From positions 288,001-352,000 of the forward strand of contig CAWHBU010000004.1 of assembly GCA_963827685.1 (NCBI GenBank): DNA of 64,000 nucleotides, read 5' to 3'. This DNA is from an uncultured delta proteobacterium. Lineage in GTDB: Bacteria; Desulfobacterota; BSN033; UBA1163. Shown one piece after another: positions 57,658 through 64,000 of the stretch (position 1 is its first letter; each line of letters opens with the position of its first letter). Under the pieces are notes generated by a model. It saw only the letters and a program-made list of their open reading frames with translations, ran no database searches and was not told the origin of the DNA. Made by a program: the position numbers and the translations under genes.

Positions 57658-59793
57658 CTACTTCCCGTCCCGTTGCAAATCGGCCTTTCTTCTTTTTGGA
57701 TGCTCTTGATTGACCGGCAAATTGACAAAAAAGGAAGATCCCTTGCCCAACTGACTCTCCACATCGATATAGCCTTTATGCTCCTGAACGATCTGATGCG
57801 AAATGGATAGTCCTAATCCGCTCCCTGTGCTTTTCGTGGTAAAGAAGGGATTGAAGATATCCTCTAAATACTCCTCTGGAATGCCGGAGCCTGTATCGGT
57901 AAACTCAATTTGGACAAAAGGTTCTCCCCCTGGTTTTAGAAAGGATCGGGTTTTGACCGTAATCCTTCCATTCTCGGATGTGGCCTGAATCGCATTGAAT
58001 AAGATGTTCAAGAAGACTTGTTTAACCTGTTCCCGATCAATCTGGACCGGGGGCAGATCGGAAGCATAGCTTCTGAGAATGTTGACTTGTTTCTTCTTCG
58101 TTTCGGTTGAAGCCAAGAGGATCATTCCATCTAAAATCGTGTTGATATCCTCAAACTCCAACTTCGGATCGGAAGGTCTGGCAAAATTAAGGAGCTCATC
58201 GACTAATGAAGAAATTCGGTCAACCTCTCCAGAGGCAATCTTGAGGAATTGGTCTCGAAATTCCTCATCGTCAAGCCGCTCTGGTAATAAGTGAGTTAAG
58301 GTCTTGATGGCAACCAGGGGATTGCGGATTTCATGGGCCAGCCCTGCGGTCAAAGTTCCCAAGGAGGCCAACCGGTCTGCCCGGCGAATATAGGATTTTG
58401 ATCTCTTCAGATCTTCATAGAGCCTCGCGTTCTCAATAGCGATCGCCGTTTGGTTTGCCAGGGTGCTAAGTAATTCAATATCTTCATGGGAATAGATATC
58501 TTTATCGAACTTATAGCCCAGGTTAATCATACCAACGAGTTCTCCTCTTGAAATGAAAGGGATACTTACCTCCGCCTCTAAGAGGGACATCATATCAACA
58601 ATATATTTTAATTCTGGAATATTGGCCCCCTTGGCCAATTCTTCTCGAATAATAATCTCTCCAATTTTTTGCAAATATTGGGGCAGGGGGTCGTCTTTAG
58701 GAAGCTGAGGGTTTGAAGTGGTCACATTAATATTCTTTGATTCAAATAAAGAGTAGACTCCTTTTTCCTCATTCCATAAAAATAAGGACGCTTTCTCAAC
58801 CCCCATCGTCTGTGTAATCATGTCGAAAATTCTTCTTGAAAGAGATTGCAAATCGAGAATTGTCACCATGGCTTTGCTAAATTTCGCCAAGGTTTCACGG
58901 TAATCATACCGGTTTTTAAAAAGAAATTGCTCGACGGCCCTTTCTGTGTGAGGCTTAATTCTATTAAACACGACCGTCACAAACAAAAGGAGGAGCGAAA
59001 GAAAGCCTAATAAAAGATAATGGATATCTCCATAAACAATCTTTTGGAACAGGAGAGCTAAGAGAAAAGATGGAACGAAAAGGAGCAATGTTAGAAGAGC
59101 ATACGTTGTGCCTTTTTTAAGAACAACATTAATGTCCATCAATCTGTGTTTTGCAATCGCATATGAGATAATTACCACATAGACTGAAACAAAATAAAAT
59201 CCAAATGGAAAGATCTTAATATTGAAAGTGGGCAAGAAAGTTGTTATCCCCCCCAGAAAACCGATAATGGCTGCAGCTAAGACGTATCTGATTTGATTCC
59301 TTGTTTGCCCCTTTGCGTACTTAAAATGCTTGATCAAGACGTAGTGGCCATAGGCTATAATACCTAACTGTGAAACTGTATAAAAAGGATAAATTGGTCC
59401 GGGTACACCATAATAGCGAAAAGATAATATTGGTCTCACGTCTTTGATAAGTAAAGAGGTGAAATCGAAGGCCAAGAAGATAAATGCTAATGCATAAAAT
59501 AACAATGTCAACCGATTCTTTGTTAATTTTAATAAGGAATTCACAAAATGAATGAAAAACGCAGGTACGAAAATAGATCCTACATAACATAATCGGACAA
59601 AAAAGAGTGCTGTCGTTTTTTCTGAAGATATATCTCTTCCGAATAGCCCAAAGGTCCATAATGAAACACATAAATTTATCAACATGCCATATTTGTTTAT
59701 ATTAGAGGATCTATTTTTCAGATAAACAAAGATTCCTAAGGAAAGGCTAAGTATCCCTGTGATAGCGCATGAAATAATATAAGAGGTATTCAT
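57658..59793 (-). CDS. Membrane sensor histidine kinase (N-terminal 7TM-type domain, GAF, HisKA, HATPase)
   Basis: Multiple N-terminal TM helices, YAIAKHRLMDI, LANQTAIAIENARLY, AHEIRNPL, NAIQA, DTGSGI, FFTTK..GSGLGL. Confidence 0.93.
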   Translation of the reverse strand: MNTSYIISCAITGILSLSLGIFVYLKNRSSNINKYGMLINLCVSLWTFGLFGRDISSEKTTALFFVRLCYVGSIFVPAFFIHFVNSLLKLTKNRLTLLFYALAFIFLAFDFTSLLIKDVRPILSFRYYGVPGPIYPFYTVSQLGIIAYGHYVLIKHFKYAKGQTRNQIRYVLAAAIIGFLGGITTFLPTFNIKIFPFGFYFVSVYVVIISYAIAKHRLMDINVVLKKGTTYALLTLLLFVPSFLLALLFQKIVYGDIHYLLLGFLSLLLLFVTVVFNRIKPHTERAVEQFLFKNRYDYRETLAKFSKAMVTILDLQSLSRRIFDMITQTMGVEKASLFLWNEEKGVYSLFESKNINVTTSNPQLPKDDPLPQYLQKIGEIIIREELAKGANIPELKYIVDMMSLLEAEVSIPFISRGELVGMINLGYKFDKDIYSHEDIELLSTLANQTAIAIENARLYEDLKRSKSYIRRADRLASLGTLTAGLAHEIRNPLVAIKTLTHLLPERLDDEEFRDQFLKIASGEVDRISSLVDELLNFARPSDPKLEFEDINTILDGMILLASTETKKKQVNILRSYASDLPPVQIDREQVKQVFLNILFNAIQATSENGRITVKTRSFLKPGGEPFVQIEFTDTGSGIPEEYLEDIFNPFFTTKSTGSGLGLSISHQIVQEHKGYIDVESQLGKGSSFFVNLPVNQEHPKRRKADLQRDGK

Positions 59794-59796
59794 TTT

Positions 59797-61038
59797 TTAC
59801 TCGTATTTCCTGATTATTATGCTCGAATTCTTGCCGCCAAAACCAAATGAATTTTTAAGCACTGTGGTAACAGTAGCCTTTCTTCCTTTATTCGGAACAT
59901 AGTCCAAGTCGCATTCGGGATCTGGAAATTCATAATTTATTGTGGGGGGGATAAATTGGTTCTTAATTGTCAAAACGGTTGCAACAAGCTCTATTGCTCC
60001 TCCAGCTCCTAATGCATGCCCTGTCACTGACTTATTAGCTGTAATGGGAATATTGTACGCACGCTCTCCAAATATCTCTTTTATTATTTTTGTTTCAATC
60101 TTGTCATTCAAAGGAGTGGAGCTTCCATGAGCATTAATATGATCAATTTCTGTTGGGTCGATCCTGGCTTCTTGTAGCGCTAACTCAATTGCTTTCTTCG
60201 CCTGCTCACCTGTTGGTAGAGGCTGAACCATATGATATGCATCATTGGTTGTTCCGTAACCAAGAACCTCTGCATAGATAGGAACTCCTCTTGCTAATGC
60301 ATGCTCAAGATCTTCTAATATTAGAACACCGGCCCCTTCGCTCATTACAAAGCCATCTCTTTCTTTATCAAATGGTCTTGAGGCTTTCGTAGGGTCCCCG
60401 TTTCTCTTTGAAAGAGCCCCTATTAAACAAAAGGATCCTAATGTTAACGGGACGATCGGTGCTTCGGCTCCCCCAGCAATCATAACGTCAGCAAGGTTAT
60501 TCTTTATTGCATAAAAAGCGTATCCAATATCATCTACCCCTGCGGCACATGCCCCCCCGATCGTACTAGAATGGCCACGGATACCAAGCTCAATAGAAAC
60601 CTGACTCGTCGCTCCTCCAGCGAAGATCTTTAACGCTACCAATGGATCTACTCTTTTTAATCCCTTTTCAATAAATATGCTGTGTTGTTCCTCGGCACTC
60701 GGTATGCCTCCAAGTGCTGACCCTAAACAAATTCCTATTCTTTCCGAATTTTTGTCAGAGATCTCCAATTTTGTTTTATCAAGAGCCATTCTTGCACATG
60801 CCACAGCAAATTGACAAAACCTATCCATGCGTCTTGCACTTTTGGAATCCATGTAATCCAACGGATCAAAACCACTTACTTCTCCTGCTATTTTAGAAGC
60901 GTGGGAGGAGGCGTCGAAATGGGTTATTTTTCTAACCCCCGATCTTCCAGCAACCAGGGAATCCCAGAAGTTTTCTATTCCAACACCATTAGGGGCGATA
61001 ACTCCCATCCCTGTTATGACTACTCTTCTCTGACTCAT
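59797..61038 (-). CDS. fabF: Beta-ketoacyl-ACP synthase II-like ketosynthase
   Basis: RRVVITGMG, ACAAG (Cys), NAHGSST (His), KSVTGHALGA (His), NSFGFGG. Confidence 0.9.
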   Translation of the reverse strand: MSQRRVVITGMGVIAPNGVGIENFWDSLVAGRSGVRKITHFDASSHASKIAGEVSGFDPLDYMDSKSARRMDRFCQFAVACARMALDKTKLEISDKNSERIGICLGSALGGIPSAEEQHSIFIEKGLKRVDPLVALKIFAGGATSQVSIELGIRGHSSTIGGACAAGVDDIGYAFYAIKNNLADVMIAGGAEAPIVPLTLGSFCLIGALSKRNGDPTKASRPFDKERDGFVMSEGAGVLILEDLEHALARGVPIYAEVLGYGTTNDAYHMVQPLPTGEQAKKAIELALQEARIDPTEIDHINAHGSSTPLNDKIETKIIKEIFGERAYNIPITANKSVTGHALGAGGAIELVATVLTIKNQFIPPTINYEFPDPECDLDYVPNKGRKATVTTVLKNSFGFGGKNSSIIIRKYE

Positions 61039-61051
61039 TATTTTTTCCTCT

Positions 61052-62020
61052 TTATACTGGGTGATAACTATTTTTTATCCAATCCATGGTACTCCTGATA
61101 CCCATCTCTAATGTGACTTCAGGACTGTATCTGATTTCCTTCTTTGCCTTAGTAATATCGCATCCCCAATGTAGTAGCATCGTTTTCATAGCATAAAGTT
61201 CTATGAAATAAAGATTAAACAGTTTTCCCATCAAATTATTAATCTGCCATGAGATGTTCCCCAGAATATTCGGTAAATAGACGACCTCTATTTTCTCGCC
61301 AATTACCGCAGATGCTGTTGTGATAATCTCATCAAGGGCATACGGTGAATTATCAGATAATATATATATTTTCCCGTTGGCCTCTGGTTTATTCGCTAAC
61401 AACATCAACCCATCCACAAGGTTACCGACAAAGCAAAAGCTTCGCGGATTATCCCCTTTACCGACGTTGTATATTTTTCTTTTGGTGAAGGCATCAAGAA
61501 ATAATCGATTGAGAACAGGTGGTTGATGGGGGCCGTAAACGATGGGTGCTCTCACAATAACCCAGAGGATGTTGCATTGCTTGATCAATCCTTCGGCATC
61601 TAATTTAGTTTTTCCATAAATTGTCATAGGTTCACATTCTGACTCCTCAGTTAACAAAGTGTTCTTGGTGGCTGGTCTATAAACTCCTATGCTGCTCAAA
61701 AAGATTATCCTCTTAGTCCCTTTTTCTTTACATGCCTCCAAAAGATTTTGTGTAGCTAAAACATTTCCCTCATAATAATCTTTCTTTTTTCTTGAATATA
61801 CTTCTCCGGCTAAATGGTAGACGAGATCTATTTGATCCAAGGCAGGCCCCAATGAATCCTTATCAACCAAATTTCCATAGAACAGGTCGACATTAAAATC
61901 TCTTAAGGTTGTGATATCGCTGTTTTTCCTTACCAGACATCTTACAGAGTAAGTCTTGGATAGAGCGCCCGTAAGATGTCTTCCAATGAATCCCGTTGCT
62001 CCAGTGACGAGAATATTCAT
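61052..62020 (-). CDS. NAD-dependent epimerase/dehydratase, extended SDR (3-beta-HSD/OleD-like)
   Basis: TGATGFIG, HLAG, YGKTK, VYGP. Confidence 0.88.
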   Translation of the reverse strand: MNILVTGATGFIGRHLTGALSKTYSVRCLVRKNSDITTLRDFNVDLFYGNLVDKDSLGPALDQIDLVYHLAGEVYSRKKKDYYEGNVLATQNLLEACKEKGTKRIIFLSSIGVYRPATKNTLLTEESECEPMTIYGKTKLDAEGLIKQCNILWVIVRAPIVYGPHQPPVLNRLFLDAFTKRKIYNVGKGDNPRSFCFVGNLVDGLMLLANKPEANGKIYILSDNSPYALDEIITTASAVIGEKIEVVYLPNILGNISWQINNLMGKLFNLYFIELYAMKTMLLHWGCDITKAKKEIRYSPEVTLEMGIRSTMDWIKNSYHPV

Positions 62021-62293
62021 TTTCGGACTGATCCCTTCTGCGTATTCAACGCATCCTATATGACTCGCAGATGAAAGATTTCATCAGAGCAAACAGTGAA
62101 AGCGAAGAGATGCTAAAGTCACCCCCCGGCGACCTTGATTTGAATGGCCCAGGTTATTATTATAGATAATTTTGAATTTTGCAACAATTTTGTACACTTT
62201 TCTTAAACAGAACCAATCCCGATGTTACCCCTTATCGATCGTTTCTTAAGGGATTTTGGATTTTTCCATAACTTCTGTGATAAGATAATCCAC

Positions 62294-62716
62294 ATGCCTG
62301 TACAATTCCCTGAAGAGCAACGGTGCCCTATCCTGACATTCCCAGAAGATCTGCTTTATACCGATACCCATGAATGGGTGAGAGAGGAAGGAAGCCAGGT
62401 GACCATTGGACTGACAGACTATGCGCAAAGCCAGTTAAAGGATATCGTTTATGTGAATGTTCCTGAAGTAGGCGCTGAGTTTAGAAAAGGAGATAGCATC
62501 GGAGTGGTCGAATCTGTCAAGACCGTTGCTGATATTTACTCTCCAATCACCGGCAAAGTGACAGATGCCAATTTTACCCTCAAGGATCATCCCCAATTCG
62601 TCAATGAAGATCCCTATGGAAAGGGGTGGTTGGTTAAAATGGAGATTCAGGACAGAGAGGAGTTAAGAGGGCTCTTATCCTCTAAGGCCTATCAGGATTC
62701 TTTGGCAACGGATTAA
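62294..62716 (+). CDS. gcvH: Glycine cleavage system H protein (lipoyl carrier)
   Basis: YTDTHEW, IGLTDYAQ..L.DIVYV, VESVKTVADIYSP, NEDPYGKGWL; start uncertain. Confidence 0.93.
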   Translation: MPVQFPEEQRCPILTFPEDLLYTDTHEWVREEGSQVTIGLTDYAQSQLKDIVYVNVPEVGAEFRKGDSIGVVESVKTVADIYSPITGKVTDANFTLKDHPQFVNEDPYGKGWLVKMEIQDREELRGLLSSKAYQDSLATD

Positions 62717-62760
62717 TAACTGTGGCTTCGGACGAGCTTCACACTTTCCAAATAAAGTTT

Positions 62761-63498
62761 ATGGAACGCAGAGGATATATCATCGATCTGGGCCTGGTTG
62801 ATTATGAGAAGACATGGGATCTTCAGCATCAACTCTGGTCGAGACGAGTGGAAGAAGAGTTACCGGATTTGTTGCTCATCCTTGAACATCCCCATGTGAT
62901 TACTCTGGGAAGGCGTGGAAACCGATCGCATCTGATTGCCTCTTCAGAAGTATTGGAGGCAATGAAGATTCCCATTTTCCATGTGGAGAGAGGCGGAGAT
63001 GTCACTTACCACGGTCCTGGGCAGATGGTTGTTTACCCCATCCTCAATCTGAAAGAATACGGGTATCGCATTGTCCGATACGTTGATCAACTGGAAGAGG
63101 TCGTTCTCCGTGTCCTCAGAGATTTTGGGATTGGGGGAAGGCGAGACCCTTTGAATCGGGGTGTCTGGGTAGAAGAAGAGAAGATTGCTTCCGTGGGAGT
63201 GGTCGTCAAGAGGGGAGTATCGTTCCATGGTTTTGCACTCAACTATGGAACAGACCTAACATACTTTGACCTCATCAACCCCTGCGGTCTCGAAGGAAAG
63301 AAGATGACCTCCATGGCAAAGATCCTTGGGAAAAGGGTTTCTCGGGAGGAATTAGTCAAGAGGATTTCATTCCATTTCAAACAGACTTTTGAAAGAGCCT
63401 GGGAGGAAAAGGAGTTGAAGGACTTGTTCCCCTCACTCCCCGACTACCGCAACACCTCCATCTTCCCCCTCTCCCCTGGTGGGAGAGGGATGGGGTGA
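62761..63498 (+). CDS. lipB: Lipoyl(octanoyl) transferase
   Basis: EHPHVITLGR, RGGDVTYHGPGQ, KIASVG, HGFALN, INPCG. Confidence 0.95.
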   Translation: MERRGYIIDLGLVDYEKTWDLQHQLWSRRVEEELPDLLLILEHPHVITLGRRGNRSHLIASSEVLEAMKIPIFHVERGGDVTYHGPGQMVVYPILNLKEYGYRIVRYVDQLEEVVLRVLRDFGIGGRRDPLNRGVWVEEEKIASVGVVVKRGVSFHGFALNYGTDLTYFDLINPCGLEGKKMTSMAKILGKRVSREELVKRISFHFKQTFERAWEEKELKDLFPSLPDYRNTSIFPLSPGGRGMG

Positions 63499-63502
63499 GG
63501 GG
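63463..63502. repeat. REP-like palindrome (CCCTCTCCC..GGGAGAGGG..GGGTGAGGG) supplying the lipB stop codon
   Basis: ccctctcccctggtgggagagggatggggtgagggg. Confidence 0.7.
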
Positions 63503-63504
63503 CG

Positions 63505-63568
63505 TTTTGGTCATTCGTAATTGGAATATGGATTTGTTTGGGATTTGTAATTTGGGATTTGGAATTTT
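63505..63568. repeat. Half (right arm) of the AAATTCC-type heptamer element
   Basis: tttggtcatt...tttgggatttgtaatttgggatttggaatttt resembles 2281-2344. Confidence 0.7.
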
Positions 63569-63602
63569 ATGGAAAGGTAAATAATAACAAGGGACACAAA
63601 CA

Positions 63603-64000
63603 TTGAGAAAACCGTCTTGGCTTAAGAAAAGAATCCCTCCTTTTGAGGATCTTGCAAGAGTGAAGTCAATATTAAATGATACAAGCCTGCACACAGTCTG
63701 CGAAGAGGCCCGTTGTCCAAACCTGGGAGAATGTTTCTCCAGAGGGACGGCAACCTTTCTCATCCTGGGAAGGAGGTGCACAAGGAATTGTGGCTTCTGT
63801 GCTGTAGAACAGGGTGCTCCTGCTCCACCCGATGAAACAGAACCAGAAAGGGTTGCCCAGGCTGTTGAGAAGATGGGCCTCCATTATGTCGTAATCACCT
63901 CCGTCACCCGGGATGATCTTCCGGATGGCGGGGCATTCATTTTTGCCAAAACAATTCGGGCCATTCGAGCATTGAGTCCGAAGATAAAAATTGAGGTATT
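63603..64000 (+). CDS. lipA: Lipoyl synthase, 5' part (runs off window)
   Basis: [31 protein letters not shown] radical-SAM motif, [15 protein letters not shown]. Confidence 0.95.
   Translation, partial: MRKPSWLKKRIPPFEDLARVKSILNDTSLHTVCEEARCPNLGECFSRGTATFLILGRRCTRNCGFCAVEQGAPAPPDETEPERVAQAVEKMGLHYVVITSVTRDDLPDGGAFIFAKTIRAIRALSPKIKIEV

Noticed and set aside
62086-62135. c-di-GMP-I riboswitch-like GCAAAC..GAAA..GATGCTAAAG
   Set aside because: The stem around GAAA does not pair and the P3 region is unconvincing; would need an Rfam RF01051 hit

Overview
Chromosomal segment of an anaerobic deltaproteobacterium (Desulfobacterota-like; inferred from gene content and protein style, not from a marker gene). 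Positions 1-41.4 kb are an accessory lipid/organic-acid catabolism region. It holds four acyl-CoA ligases, three Liv-type (HAAT) ABC importers, four SDRs, a secreted Archaeoglobus AFL-type lipase, a pair of family III CoA-transferases, three FAD oxidoreductases of the phytoene-desaturase superfamily, an iron-sulfur flavoprotein, an acyl-CoA carboxyltransferase and a TetR regulator. It has been shaped by local duplications and carries several gene scars. Positions 41.5-50 kb encode a LolA-like protein, an ABC exporter, a TolQ/R/A-like set (tolA frameshifted), a PfkB kinase, and a FlhG/MinD-like ATPase with a J-like/HTH protein and a SPOR protein. Positions 50.5-64 kb carry glmU-glmS-pcrA, a DUF4143 AAA ATPase, an AT-rich operon (extended SDR, FabF-like ketosynthase, 7TM-GAF histidine kinase) and gcvH-lipB-lipA. 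The intergenic DNA contains many small palindromic elements: 7-bp-periodic inverted-repeat hairpins (one seen as both filled and empty alleles), IS200/IS605-end-like miniature elements, a TIR MITE and REP-like palindromes. I found no rRNA, tRNA, CRISPR array or transposase.
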